A stretch of 64,000 bases of DNA from Selaginella moellendorffii (GCF_000143415.4 NW_003314263.1:808165-872164), one strand, 5' to 3'; positions 47,552-59,823 are shown, counted from the first letter of the stretch. A program made the numbers and translations. Notes: generated from the letters alone by a model not told the origin.

Positions 47552-48992
47552 GCCTGTTTTAGGGTAGCGTATAGCAGTATACCAGCTAGATTCCAGATTT
47601 TTCTAAGAACTAGAGCTTTCCCATTAGTATCTTGGAAGTACAAGGCGCAAAGAAAAATAATGCACGATGAAAGAAACAAACTTTCTAGCTAACATCGAAA
47701 GACCTGAAAGAACTTCTTCGATGCAAATGCCCAGTTTGGGTATTTTGCGCACCCCGGGGGCATATTCTTCCTTCCTCCATTTAGAATAGTATTATCATAT
47801 TGCGGTTTAGACCCTCTCTAAGCCCGACGCAAGATAAGCATCAGTGATACCTTCACAGCTACCTTAGTGATTTCTTCTTGGTGGCAAGAAACCCGTCCAT
47901 ATACCCAATGTTACCCGTCTGTATCTACGTATGTAAATATCCATTATTTCTTTGGGCGTGATCAATTCTTAGTTCTTACACTCTACTATCGAAAAAATTC
48001 TGCAATGTGATCCACGAGAATCTGGAACCTCGCTCGCGTACGAGCCTTACAGTTGGTAAAAAAAAAAAAAGAATACGAATTTATCAATGAATCAATATAT
48101 ACCAGAATATACTCTCCAAGCCTGGACGCGCCATAGATACAAATCCAAACCATATATGTCAGAAATGTGTACAGGTGCACTCTAACAGAATGTTGTGATC
48201 ATGGGGACTTACGATGGATCGAGGCTGTCCAAACACTTGCGATCCATCCTGTCCGTCCAGCACATCTTCGTGCTTCCTGAGCGCGCGAGCGTGGAGAGCT
48301 CACAAAGGGGACGATGGCCGGCAGTGTGTGGGCGAATTCGAAGCTCATTGCGATCGGCTGTGCGGCTCTCGCAGCAGCGCTTGCCAGCCGCCCAGAAACG
48401 TCCCTCCCTTCCCAGTGGCTGCGACCAGAGCGCGCGTGGATCCGAATGCGGCGACGAGTGTGCGGTTTGGCAGCGTCCGAGGCCGCTCGCTCGCGCTCGC
48501 CAGGAAATCGCGCGGTAACGATTTTGAGCCTTGGGAACTGGTTGGTGGTGCGTGGTCCAGGCTCGGTGCTGGCTCGTACGAGCTGGATTTCCTGCGACGA
48601 CGATTCCGACTGGAAGGCGTTCTTCGGCGACAAGTTGGTGGTGCTGAAATGGCTACAGTTTGTGGCGACATTCGACTTGGGCGACGACGCGGATGGGCGC
48701 TGGCACGATTTGGAGAAGGCCTGCTTTGTGTGGCAGCCAGGCTTTGCTCGTCCCTGAGGAAGGAGGAATATGCCCGCGGGGTGCGCAAAATACCCAAACT
48801 GGGCATTTGCATCGAAGAAGTTCTTTCAAGTCTTTCTATGTTAGCTAGCAAGTTTGTTTCTTTCATCGTGCATTGTTTTTCTTTGCGCATCATCGCGCCT
48901 TGTACTTCCGAGATACTAATGGGAAAGCTCTAGTTCTTAGAAAATTCTGGAATCTAGCTGGTATAATGCTATACACTACCCTAAAGACAGGC
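47552..48992. repeat. Long inverted repeat (arms 47552-47777 and 48756-48992), foldback/MULE-like
   Basis: The two ~230-bp arms are clear reverse complements with scattered mismatches. No TSD was found. Confidence 0.85.
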
Positions 48993-49003
48993 AATTAGGG
49001 TTT

Positions 49004-51778
49004 ATGGTCAGCGATGGAGGCCTGCGACTGCGAGAGAGGACGCGCAACATCTGTATCCTCGCCCACGTCGATCACGGCAAGACGACGCTGGCGGACCATC
49101 TCATCGCCGCCGCCGGCGATGGCGTCGTCCACCCCAAGCAAGCGGGTAAGCTTCGCTACCTCGACTTCCTCGACGACGAGCAGCAGCGCTGCATCACCAT
49201 CAAGAGCGCCTCCATTGCCCTCCGCTACCGCGATCACGCCATCAATCTCATCGACTCGCCGGGGCACATCGATTTCTGCGGCGAGGTCTCCACGGCAGTG
49301 AGGTTGAGCGATGGAGCGCTCGTTTTGGTGGATGTTTGCGAGGGAATCCACGTCCAGACCCACGCTGTGCTCCGCCAGGCATGGCTGGAGAGGGTGGCGC
49401 CGTGCTTGGTGCTCAACAAGGTGGACAGGCTCGTTACGGAGCTCAAGCTCTCGCCGCTCGAGGCCTACCGGAGAATGGAGCGGATCATCGCCGAGGTGAA
49501 CGGCATTGTCAGTGGCTTTCGATCCGAGAGCTACTTCTTCCGCGACGGAGAACAGCACGAAGAAGAGAGTGGTTTTGCGGACTTCTCTCCGGTGGCTGGG
49601 AATGTGGCCTTTGCGAGTGCTCTGGACGGGTGGGCTTTTAGAACACACGATCTTGTGGAAGTTTGCGAGATAAAGCTGGATCACTGTGTGACTGCTCGGG
49701 AGCTGGAAGAGAAGCTATGGGGGGACTTCTTCTTGGTAACAGAGGACAAGAAACACAAGATTGTGTCCGAGCAGGAGCTTCCAAACGGGGCCAAGACCGC
49801 TGCCCCCAACACGAGGAAGCCTCTGTTCGTGCGACTCATCCTGGAGAGCTTGTGGCAAGTTTACTCGTCGCTAGAGAAAGTTGGCGACGAGTCGGGAAAG
49901 ATCCTGAGCAAGGTGACCAACGTCATGAAGCTCTCGGTTCCAGAGCGAGAGCTACGAAGTGGAGGCAGGGCGTCTCTCCAGGCCGTGATGAGCCGATGGC
50001 TTCCACTCTCGGACAAGCTCCTCGACATGGTTGTCCAAGCTCTCCCGGACCCGGCTCGAGCACAGGCTTACAGAAGCAATCATTTACTCCCGCCAAGAGC
50101 AGCGTCGTCTTTTTCGACCCTGATCAGCCCGAGCCAGCAGCAACTTCTCGACGAGATTGAGCATGCACGAATGTCGGTAAAAAAGTGTGATGACAGCCGC
50201 GGAGCTCCTTGTGTGGTTTACGTCTCCAAGATGTTCGCGGTCCCGGCTTCGATGATTCCTCGTGGTCGAGGAGATGAAGAAGACGAGTGCTTCTTGGCAT
50301 TCGCGAGGGTGTTTAGCGGGGTCCTTGTTGCTGGCCAGAGAGTCTACGTGCTTTCGGATGTCTACGATCCAACCGTGGATACGGACAAACGGAGCTTTGA
50401 GGTGGCGACTGTCACGGCTCTCTACGTGATGATCGGCCAAGGACTCAAGCCCGTGGACAAGGCAGCGGCTGGAAACGTGGTGGCGATCCAGGGACTTGGG
50501 GAAGAGGTTCTCAAGACGGCGACACTTAGCTCATCTCCAAACTGCTGGCCACTCGCGGGCTTAAGTTTCCAGGCGGCTCCGATAGTGAGGGTGGCGGTGG
50601 AGCCGTCGAATCCTGCGAACTTGGCACAGCTTTTGAAGGGACTCAAGCTTCTCAACCGTGCCGATCCCATGGTCCAGGTGACTTTCTCGAGCACTGGTGA
50701 GTACGTGCTCTCAGCAGCAGGCGAAGTTCATCTCGAGCTCTGCGTGAAAGAGCTGAGGGAGAGGTTTGCTCGCGTGGAGCTTGAAGTCTCGGCTCCTCTG
50801 GTAGCATTCCGAGAAACCATTGACGACGACAGTGCGATCACGAGCGAGCGATCGGAGGAAGAAGAACAGGAAGAAGGAAGAAAGGAGAGATGCGTGAGCT
50901 TCACCACTCCAAACCGCAGGTACACAGGAAGTGTTGAGGTTTGGAGGCTGCCAAGCTCGGTGCTGGAAGCCATCGAGAGCTCGGGCCTCGTCAAAACCGG
51001 CAAGGAGACTTGTTGCTCCGAGACTCTAGCAGCTCATCTTCTCGCGAATCCAGCAACAAAGAGGGAGCTCTTGGGCGAAATCATCTGGTCGTGCTGTGGA
51101 GCCAATCTCCTCGTTTCATCGCCGGAGCTCCTGCAAAGCTGTGGCAGCGAGGAAGACAGTGCGAGCCTGGAGAGCAGCATTGTGACGGGCTTTCAGCTGG
51201 CCTGTACCGCCGGTCCGCTGTGCAAGGAGCCACTGTGGGGACTGGCCTTCAGGATCAAGGTGGCGACTTGCAGCAATGCTGGCCATGGTGGCGTTGAAAA
51301 CTCGGGACAAGTTATCAAGGTGATCAAGGAGGCGTGCCTGGAAGCAGTGGCGAAGAGAAATCCCAGGCTTGTGGAGGCGATGTACCTGTGCGAGGTGAGC
51401 ACAAGCTCCTTGTTCCTGGGACAAATGTATGGAGTTTTGGCGAGGAGGCGGGCGAGGGTGGTGAAGGAGGAGATGGCGGAAGGGAGGGACGTGTTTGCGG
51501 TGGTGGCGTTTGTGCCCGTGGCGGAGAGCTTTGGCCTGGCGGAGGAGCTGAGAAAGAGGACGTCTGGAGCGGCCAGCCCCCAGCTGCGGTTTAGTCACTG
51601 GGAAGTAGCCGAGGACGATGGAGATGATGAACTGGAGATGGCAGAGAGGGACGAAGAACAAGGAGGGGGATTTGCGAAGCGGTTGATTGACGCAGTGAGG
51701 AGACGAAAGGGATTGGCTGTCAAGGAAAATCTTGTGAGGCATGCCGCGAAGCAAAGAACCTTGGCTAGAAAAGTCTAA
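49004..51778 (+). CDS. EFL1: Elongation factor-like GTPase 1 (ribosome maturation, Ria1/EFL1), intronless, 924 aa
   Basis: NICILAHVDHGKTTLADHL, DSPGHIDF, NKVDRL, AAGEVHLE, PVAESFG, LRKRTSGAASPQL and C-terminal KQRTLARKV. Confidence 0.95.
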   Translation: MVSDGGLRLRERTRNICILAHVDHGKTTLADHLIAAAGDGVVHPKQAGKLRYLDFLDDEQQRCITIKSASIALRYRDHAINLIDSPGHIDFCGEVSTAVRLSDGALVLVDVCEGIHVQTHAVLRQAWLERVAPCLVLNKVDRLVTELKLSPLEAYRRMERIIAEVNGIVSGFRSESYFFRDGEQHEEESGFADFSPVAGNVAFASALDGWAFRTHDLVEVCEIKLDHCVTARELEEKLWGDFFLVTEDKKHKIVSEQELPNGAKTAAPNTRKPLFVRLILESLWQVYSSLEKVGDESGKILSKVTNVMKLSVPERELRSGGRASLQAVMSRWLPLSDKLLDMVVQALPDPARAQAYRSNHLLPPRAASSFSTLISPSQQQLLDEIEHARMSVKKCDDSRGAPCVVYVSKMFAVPASMIPRGRGDEEDECFLAFARVFSGVLVAGQRVYVLSDVYDPTVDTDKRSFEVATVTALYVMIGQGLKPVDKAAAGNVVAIQGLGEEVLKTATLSSSPNCWPLAGLSFQAAPIVRVAVEPSNPANLAQLLKGLKLLNRADPMVQVTFSSTGEYVLSAAGEVHLELCVKELRERFARVELEVSAPLVAFRETIDDDSAITSERSEEEEQEEGRKERCVSFTTPNRRYTGSVEVWRLPSSVLEAIESSGLVKTGKETCCSETLAAHLLANPATKRELLGEIIWSCCGANLLVSSPELLQSCGSEEDSASLESSIVTGFQLACTAGPLCKEPLWGLAFRIKVATCSNAGHGGVENSGQVIKVIKEACLEAVAKRNPRLVEAMYLCEVSTSSLFLGQMYGVLARRRARVVKEEMAEGRDVFAVVAFVPVAESFGLAEELRKRTSGAASPQLRFSHWEVAEDDGDDELEMAERDEEQGGGFAKRLIDAVRRRKGLAVKENLVRHAAKQRTLARKV

Positions 51779-52107
51779 TAGTCCTTTGACATGTTCTTTC
51801 GAATATTTGGAAGATTCGTTTTTCAAAGATACCAAATAATCCCTAACCCTAAAATTGGAGCGCAAAGTTTAGTCACGTAGCAGACTTCTAGTGGTAGCCA
51901 CAGACTTTCAGGCAGCAGCAGCAGCGCAAGAGCAGTAGTTAAGTAGCGCGGGCAGAAAGTAGCAGAGTGAGACGTCGGTAACGAGACATAGCATACGATA
52001 GAGTTAAAGCAGGCAGAAAGAAGCGTAGTAAGGAAGGCTACAAGCAGGGAACGAAGAACAGCAGTGAGACCAAGTGAAGAATTAACAGTCAGATAGCAGG
52101 AGACCAA

Positions 52108-52464
52108 TCATTCAGGACGAAGTACTCCTCGGTTGGATTCCACCGCTTCATTGAAATGGTGGCGGGAAGAAGAGCTCCAATCTTTGTAGTTTTCTTTTTC
52201 TACACTTGTAAATATCCATTCCAAACTATAGTCTTTCAAGTTCGTGATCGCCCCCCCTTTCGTGATTAGCTTTGAAAAAGAAAATAAATGGAGATCCGAT
52301 TTTTGGCCATTGTTTGATGAGGCCATGCCACTTTTGCTGATCACGAGTGACGAGCTCATGAAGTAAACATTGGCTAACAACCGGCTGCGACCGTATAAAG
52401 TCATGCCAAGCAAAGGGCGCCTCCACGCAAAGACCCCCTTTGACAAAACACCTCTCTCTGCCAA
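52108..52464 (-). mobile_element. Possible LINE RT C-terminal fragment
   Basis: AWRRPLLGMTLYGRSRLLANVY ... KGG resembles the W..LS..GR..L.N / GGLG motifs of L1-type RTs. The match is weak. Confidence 0.3.
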
Positions 52465-52545
52465 GAGCTGCTTTTTTATTTAGCTAGTGGCTAGTGATCT
52501 TTTCCTCGTTTTCATTCTAGCTCTGTGGATCATACGGGCCGAGCG

Positions 52546-53669
52546 ATGGCGAGAAATCTTCGCAGCTTCGCCGCGTTTCTTGCGATTTTCTTGACGTTTT
52601 TAATCCACTCGAGCGGTACTGCACTCATTGCTTGAACTGATCATTCCATTCCATCCAATTGAGCTCTCTTCTTATGAAACTCTTTTATCTCTTTGCTTTC
52701 GTGCTTGTTTAGATGCTGCTGATCGAGAGTATGACTACTCCAACAACAGCCCGCGCGGGCCGCAGCGATGGGCGAGCCTCCACCGATCGTGGACGCTGTG
52801 CAGCTCCGGCTCACTCCAGTCGCCCATCAATCTCACCAAAGAGACGGTCTTGCGCGACAAAACCCTGCACAAGCTCGACTCCAATTACAACTCCACTGCC
52901 ATCGCTACGGTTCTCGACTGGAAAGAGGACGTGGTCGTAAGTTACACTCCGAGATCTTTGATCTTTGACCTTCTCCTGGCAAATGATATACTTTGTTTTC
53001 TTTGTTCCAGCTTAACTTCCCAGACAATGCTGGTGATTTGATGATCAACGCGACCCAGTACAAGCTCGTCCAGATCCGTATCCACTCGCCCAGCGAGCAT
53101 ATGCTGGAAGGAAAAACGTAAGCTTTTCTCTTCGGAAATGAAATTAAATTTTGGTTTTTCTCTTGAAAAGGTTTCCTGCCGAAGTTCATCTCGTTCATAA
53201 CAGCACTGACGGCTCCAGCCGCATTGCGATCGTGGCATTCTACTTCAAGCTCGGGCGTCCAAACACTTTCATTGGCCAGGTAGGAATATTTCATTCTTTC
53301 TTGGATTTCTATTCAAATTATTGACAAAATATTCAAACTGATAATATGGATTTTTATAAGGTGATCGATGCACTCAACTCCACCCAAAACTCGGGCGAGC
53401 TCAACCCAACGCTACTCAAGATGGTGGGCAGGCCGTACTACCGCTACTCGGGCTCGCTGACCAGCCCACCCTGTACGGAGGGCGTTGACTGGTACGTGGT
53501 CAAGAAGAACCGCCGCATGTCCGTTGACCAGTTCCAGTTCATCCACAGCTATGTCAACGTAAGTCAATCACAGTGAAGTTCTAATCAACCTCACTTTTTT
53601 ACTCCATAGGGAAGCAACGCAAGGCCCATGCAGCCTGCCAATGGACGAGAAATCGAAGCTTACAAATAG
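52546..53669 (+). CDS. Alpha-carbonic anhydrase family protein (secreted, multi-exon)
   Basis: Signal peptide, GPQRW, QSPINL, HSPSEH, EVHLVH, YYRYSGSLTSPPCTEGV, NARPMQ. Confidence 0.92.
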
Positions 53670-53989
53670 TACGTGAACAAGAATATACCATGTACGGCAT
53701 AAAGAATATGCCCAGGAATATAAAAGAAGTCTTGCCCTACCGTACAGTGCTTGCGTGTTCCAACGGCCGCGCCTGTTAAAATTTGAAAATCCCGGAGAGG
53801 AGAAAGAGATTAGGTCTTTCTTCTCTCCTCTTTCTCCCGATCGATCCATCCACGATGCGACGCCGCCTCCAAATCCACTCGGCCGGCCAGTTGGGCTGAA
53901 AGGATGCGCGGCGCGGCGCATCGAGAAGCGAGGTGATTGATCCCTTTCTCCAATTCTTTGTAGCCCCGAAGAACCATACCATCGCGGCC

Positions 53990-55694
53990 ATGGCGAGCTT
54001 GAGCGTCTCCGGCCTGGCGCTGCCGCAGTGCGCCTCCATGCTGCGCGAGAAGCAGCGGATGTGCTCCGGGAATTGCAGCACCAGTGGATCCACCAGCGGC
54101 AGCGCTAGCGGGAGTGGCGGGTCTTACAGCACTAGATTCGCATTTGGAGGAGGAGGAGGAGGAGCGTCATCGTCGTCAGTAGCGAGGAGAGATTGGAGGC
54201 CTGTGCAAACTAGAAGAACAGCCACCACCGTCACCATGACACTGGGAGGAAGCTTTGATACCTTTCGGGACAATGATGGAGCACCGCCCACGCGTTTCCA
54301 GCGAAGTGGATACCTCCTCGGCCAGCCCTTGAAGAGCCTGGATCCCGGCTTGCACCTCGGCCCGGAACTTCCACGCCTCCACCAGCGGAAGGGTCCTTCG
54401 TTCCTCAAGCCTGGAAGAATCGGAGTTAAGCGAGAGAGCAGCGATCCGGATGGAACTTACGAGACCACCAAGAAGGAGGTGACCAAGGCGGCGAAGCGGC
54501 TCAAGGACGACAAAGGTGGCGGCACGGGCAGGATCGCCGTCTACTTCGTCTCCTGGTGGGGGCTCAACATCATCTTCAACGTTTACAACAAGAAGGTGCT
54601 CAACGTTTACCCGTTTCCGTGGCTCACCTCCGTCATGGCGCTCTTCGCCGGGACCGTCATCATGCTCGGCTCGTGGATGACGGGATGCATCCAAGCTCCC
54701 GACACGGACATGCAGTTCTGGCAGAATCTCTTCCCTGTAAGAACCAAAGAACTCATCAGTCAGTCCACGAACTTGAAGTAACAAAACCAAAGAGAGCGTA
54801 GGAACTCACTCACCTTGAAAGCTTTCAGGTGGCAGTGGCGCATTCCATTGGACACGTCGCGGCGACCATCAGCATGGCGAGGAGTGCTGTGGCCTTCACG
54901 CAGATCATCAAGAGCGCGGAGCCCGCGTTTAGCGTGGTGCTGTCGCGACTCTTCCTCGGAGAAAGGTATCCTCTTCCCGTCTACTTATCACTCCTGCCAG
55001 TCGTTGGAGGTTGCTGCTTGTCCGCCGTCACCGAGCTCAACTTCGACATGATAGGTACTTTCTTCTTCTTCGCTTGCCTCTTTTCTTCGACTTATTGAGC
55101 TCCTGTTTGTCACAGGTTTCTTGGGAGCCAACGTCTCCAACGTTGCCTTTGTCTTCCGGAACTTCTTCTCCAAGAGAGGCATGAGCAAGAAGGTCAGCGG
55201 CCTCAACTACTACGGCTGCCTGTGCATCATGTCTCTGGCCATCTTGACGCCCTTCGCAATCGCCATAGAAGGCTTTCACAACTGGAACGTTGGCTGGCAA
55301 ACTGCGTCTCGAGCAATCGGTCCCCCATTCCTCTGGTAACGTTGGTCACTTCCAAACTTGAGACTCTGCCTTCCCCGTCGTTCTTTCTTTCTCACGCCGT
55401 CCGTCTGCTAACCAGGTGGGTGATCGCACAGAGCGTCTTCTACCACTTGTACAACCAAGTCTCGTATATGTCGCTGGACCAGATATCTCCGCTGACTTTC
55501 AGCATTGGTAACACCATGAAGAGAGTTTCTGTCATTGCGGCGTCCATCTTCATCTTCAAGACTCCGGTGCAGCCTGTGAATCTGATTGGTGCAGCCATTG
55601 CGATTTTTGGAACCTTCTTGTACTCACAGGTAGACAAAAGGTTGTTCGCTGTGAACTCCCTCACTGTTCCTTTCTTTTGCAGGCAAACAAGTGA
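53990..55694 (+). CDS. Plastid phosphate translocator, glucose-6-phosphate/phosphate (GPT) type, multi-exon
   Basis: Transit peptide; WWGLNIIFNVYNKKVLN, GHVAATISM, IIKSAEPAFSV, YHLYNQVSYMSLDQISPLTFSIGNTMKR. Confidence 0.92.
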
Positions 55695-55893
55695 AAATTA
55701 GCTTTTGTCAGCCGTGCTACAAGAGAGAATGAGAGAAGATTGAAAGTACCTGTTTTCTGAGACTTCGCAGGGAGAATGCATTGACGCTGATCTGTTTTGT
55801 TCGAGACAAACTGTTACTGTTATCGCATTGCAAGTGTTAGCTGTAATTAAAAAATATAGAAAGATCGTCAGTAGCCAGACACGCGTGAATTTC

Positions 55894-56692
55894 TCACAAG
55901 GGAAGCAGCAACACGGGGCAAGGAACGAATTCTGCGAGGAGGTTCCCATCAATGTGCTTGGAATGAATGCATTCCATGCTGAGAACGACCAAGTCCAGCC
56001 CCATGTCATCCGCAACTTCTCCTATTACCACTGCTGCTTTCTTGCCTTCTCCAATCTTTTCCAGCATCCCATAGTCTTGGATTCCTCCTACAAAAGAAAA
56101 ATGTATCACAAGTTTACCAATGAATATCAATCCCAACCTTCTTCCAGGTGCCAGCGAATTGTTTGAAGTCTCTGCTCGTAGTCTTTCTCCTTTTTCTCCT
56201 CATCAATCACTGCAGCCAGGCAAATTCATAATGGACGTGATGGACCCAAAAAACGAAGTTACGTACCCACAACTGTGATCTTTGCGCCATACTTCTTCGC
56301 TAGAGACGTAGCTGTTGCCGCGGCCTACACTCGCAAGAACAAAAAGAAAAACAAAGAAAGAAACAGCACTCAGAAACAATCGAAGAAAAAAACTGAGTTT
56401 TTGCAACCTGACGAGTCGAATCCGACAGATACGGGTTCTTATCGATGATGGGCAGTAGAACATGTTGAAACTCTTTCGCTATTGCTGGAGCTCCGTCTGC
56501 ATTACAGTGAATCGGCAACTCGAGAGACAAAAAAGAATCCGACTTACCAGTAGCACTACTGCTGCACCGAGCCACCCGAAAGCGTTGGGGACGAATCGAG
56601 TAGCATCTAGACCGATTTGCTGGAGCCTGGAACGAAAAGCAAGACAAAGAAGAAGAGGCTGAAAGGCCGATCCGGCTGATGTTGCTCATCAT
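55894..56692 (-). CDS. Plastid-targeted universal-stress-protein-like (USP fold) protein, multi-exon
   Basis: Ser-rich N-terminus; FQHVLLPIIDKNPYLS; IGEVADDMGLDLVVLSM...LLAEFVPCPVLLLPL. Confidence 0.82.
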
Positions 56693-56845
56693 CGTCGCCC
56701 AAAACCAAGGAAGAGAAACCAAAACCCACAAAGTCCACTTGGACAGTAGCTAGGGCTTTCCAGACTCTTCCCCTTCCTAAATCCTGCTTCCTGCCTAGCT
56801 ATGGAAACTAAAACCAGTGTAAACTAAAGTTGAATTTCCCTGTCC

Positions 56846-58527
56846 CTAAGAGAAGCTTGCTTCCTGTGCTATCCTTCTAACTTCATCTACCTGGGAAATG
56901 ATCGCATCTGTGCTTTCGATCGGTACCTCTACTGCTAATTGCAAGCTGTGTCTGATGATGCTGCTTGACGTTGTCGTCGTTTTCTTTTTGCTGCTCGGTG
57001 TGGTCTTCTTCGCAGACCCTGGCTTTGGTGGCTTGCCTCTCGGCTTCTTTTCTGCGGCTTCTCCCGGGGAGTTGGACTTGCTGTGGCCGTTTCCATTTCC
57101 TGCTTCCTGACCACCCGCATCAGTCTCCTGGTGGGAAAAAAGCAAGGCAAACTTTTGAGAAAGAACGAGATCAATTAGACATGGAGGCACCTGTTTCAGA
57201 GGTTCCATCTGCAGTCTCCCGCCTGCTGCTGCTGCAATCGCTGCCACTGCCTCCATTTCGTGGGTACCGGCAAAAGGAGCGGCCGACATCGGCTGCGGAG
57301 GCGTATGGTCCTTCCAATCCGTGATTGGGAATGCAAAGTCCGGACCAAAGTTGAATCGAACCGTGCAGTTTGGCTCGTTCGGAAGCGTGTACATTGAAGC
57401 AGCAGGAAAGTACCGTCCTGCGTAGATATCTTTGTAAGCACAGCCCTGGTACACACCGTTTCTAAAGAACACAATCTCGCCTCCTGAAAACAGAAAGCAC
57501 CAAGACGTCGTTACAAAAAGGTGAAAAGAAACAAGAGTCGATACAAACCAGGCAAAGGCTTGAGAGGCTCCTCTTTCGTCTCGGCAGTGTAAGGCAAGCC
57601 TTTGAAGCTCACAATCTCCGGTGGCTTTGGAGCAAGAGCAGCACCATTCGGCAAGTTGATGTAGAAGCCAATCGTGTCACCTTCAACGTAGGCTTCTCCA
57701 TAAGGCTCCCTGAGCGCTGCATGGACTTTACTCCCTTCCAGGTCCCGGTAGCCATATCCATGACTGTCGTATCCAACCGGGGCCTGGACATCACCCTTCT
57801 GCGTACACCACCCAAGCCGCGTGTGCCCAGTCTTCCCCAAGTGCTCCACAGTGATCTCAAAGTACCAAGCTCCTTCCACAACACCCCGAGTAGCTCGGAC
57901 CATCCGGTACCCTTTGATACTCCCAGCCGAGAGCTGGTCGGCGCTGAGCTCCACCTTCTCGGCCTTCTGGAACTTGGAGAGCAAAACTGGCAAGTCCGGC
58001 CCATCCTCGATCTTGGGAACAACGGGATTGAGGTAGACCGAGTTCTCATTCTCCAGAGCCTTCGCCTGTGTCTTGCTGCCCCCCTTTTTGCTGCTCTTCC
58101 TCGTCGTGCTCTTGCTCCAAACATTGGTGTTTCTCTTCTTTGGCTTCTTCGCTGCCGCCGCGGATGCCCCCTCGTCCCCCTGCTTGCGTTTCTGGCTCAC
58201 CTTTCCCTTCTTCTTGTTGTTGCCTCCCTCAGCAGCTGGAATCTCCATCTCTGGAGTCTCTGGCACTGGAGTCCCGGGGGCGGCCTCCTCCTCCTCCTCC
58301 TCATTCCCATCCCCACGATTCACATTCTCGATCGGCACTGCGTCGGTAGCATCCGGAGTGGAATTTGGATCCCTACTCACCCCTTCGTCGTCATCGCCCG
58401 CCGCATTCGGGCTGTTGTTGTTGTCATCGTCGTCGTCGCCGAGCCGGAGCGATGGCGTGCGATCCTCGTCCTCCATCTCCTCGTCGCCGCCCTCGCCCTG
58501 CTCCGCGAGCTCCTCCTCCATCGTCAT
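56846..58527 (-). CDS. ASH2R: ASH2-like SPRY-domain COMPASS subunit (TRAUCO/ASH2R)
   Basis: [51 protein letters not shown]. Intron at about 57485-57549; the 3' splicing is uncertain. Confidence 0.92.
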
Positions 58528-58614
58528 CACCTAAAACCCTAAAAATATTTTCACGCGAATATGCCCAACGAATAATCTTACTCCGGGAAAAGGGAAACTC
58601 TTGTTCTTCGTGCT

Positions 58615-59101
58615 CTAGCTCTTGAGCCTCTTGGCGAATCGCGCGATCACTTGGAACTCGTCCAGATGCTGTGACAAGAAGAGATAGAAACGATCGATTA
58701 GTGGAGCGCTTTGCTGTGGGGCTTACCTCTTGGGACGCGAAATGTCGGATCACGGCTTCTAGCAGCTGCTCCTTGGAAGAATTGGGGCTAACAGGCTGCA
58801 AGAAAATCAGGACGCGAGAAAGAGAAGCGATCGTTCGATGCGTACGAGTTTGAAATGGCGCCGGTACCGCCGCAGCGCCGCCGTCTCCAGCTTGCTCAGA
58901 TCCACAATCTGATCCAAGAAATATCCATCGATGATTGATCGATCGATCGAAAGAGGGAGAGAAAGAGGAGAAAGAAGATAAAAATCTATCGATCGATCAG
59001 AAAACTCTCACCGTTTCTTGCCGAGATCCCGTCGCTGCTGCTGCCGCTCTTGGATCAATGTGAGTGGACGATCGCTTCGCGGAGGAGGATTTCCCGTTCA
59101 T
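58615..59101 (-). CDS. Small SAP30-like protein (Sin3-binding domain), 4 exons
   Basis: Manual splice gives MNGKSS...QET / IVDLSKLETAALRRYRRHFKL / PVSPNSSKEQLLEAVIRHFASQE / HLDEFQVIARFAKRLKS*, with all introns GT-AG. Confidence 0.85.
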
Positions 59102-59146
59102 GGAACTGGCGATGGATCGAAATCTTTCGCTAGGGATATTCGAGCG

Positions 59147-59823
59147 ATGGAAGGAAGAAAGGGGTATATTTTTGGGCTTGGCCTTGTTTGGATTTTAGGG
59201 ATTGGATTGGGGAAAGGAGGAAGGATGCTGATCGAGGCGGACGTCTACGAGGATTACATCCTTTGCGACAAGCAGCGAGCTCGCAGCGATGGCGGCGATG
59301 ATGGCCGCGACCGCGGTGATGACGATCGCGCCTCCCAAGAATCATGCGTCGTCGATCCTCCTCCTCCAGTGCCGGCGCCAGTGATTCCCGAGAAGAAGGA
59401 GGCGGTGGAAGAAGAATCGCAGAGCGCCGCCAAGATCATCGATTCCTCGGCGGCGCTGCGATGGATGCAAGAGCTCGGCCGCGATTACAAGGCGTATCGG
59501 CTCCAGAGCCTGGGATTTCTCGTCCTTAGCACCGTGCTCTTCGCGGCTCTCCTGGCGATCGTCGTGTGGCAGCACAACCAGATCCTCGTCTTGAAAGAGG
59601 TAAGTCTCTAGAATTTTTTTCTTTCCTCCATCGATTGATTGATCGATCCGATCGCTTTGTTTTCCAGAGGGTGGAGTATCTCTCCCAGGCGGCGTACATC
59701 CAGGAGACCCCCATCACGATCTCCCGCCCGCGCTGCACGACCCTCTTCCCGAGCTCCCTGTGCGAGACCAGCAAGGAGCTGCTAGGGCGCTTGCGATCGC
59801 GCTTGATCAACGAGTTTGCCTAG
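59147..59823 (+). CDS. Unknown membrane protein, 2 exons (start may be 59225)
   Basis: GC-rich ORF with TM segment LGFLVLSTVLFAALLAIVVW and a GT-AG intron at about 59600-59667. Confidence 0.6.

Noticed and set aside
48195-48933. 147-239 aa ORFs inside the inverted repeat
   Set aside because: No recognisable domain, several equally long frames on both strands, and a disrupted paralogous sequence at about 4.1 kb. I cannot support a gene call.
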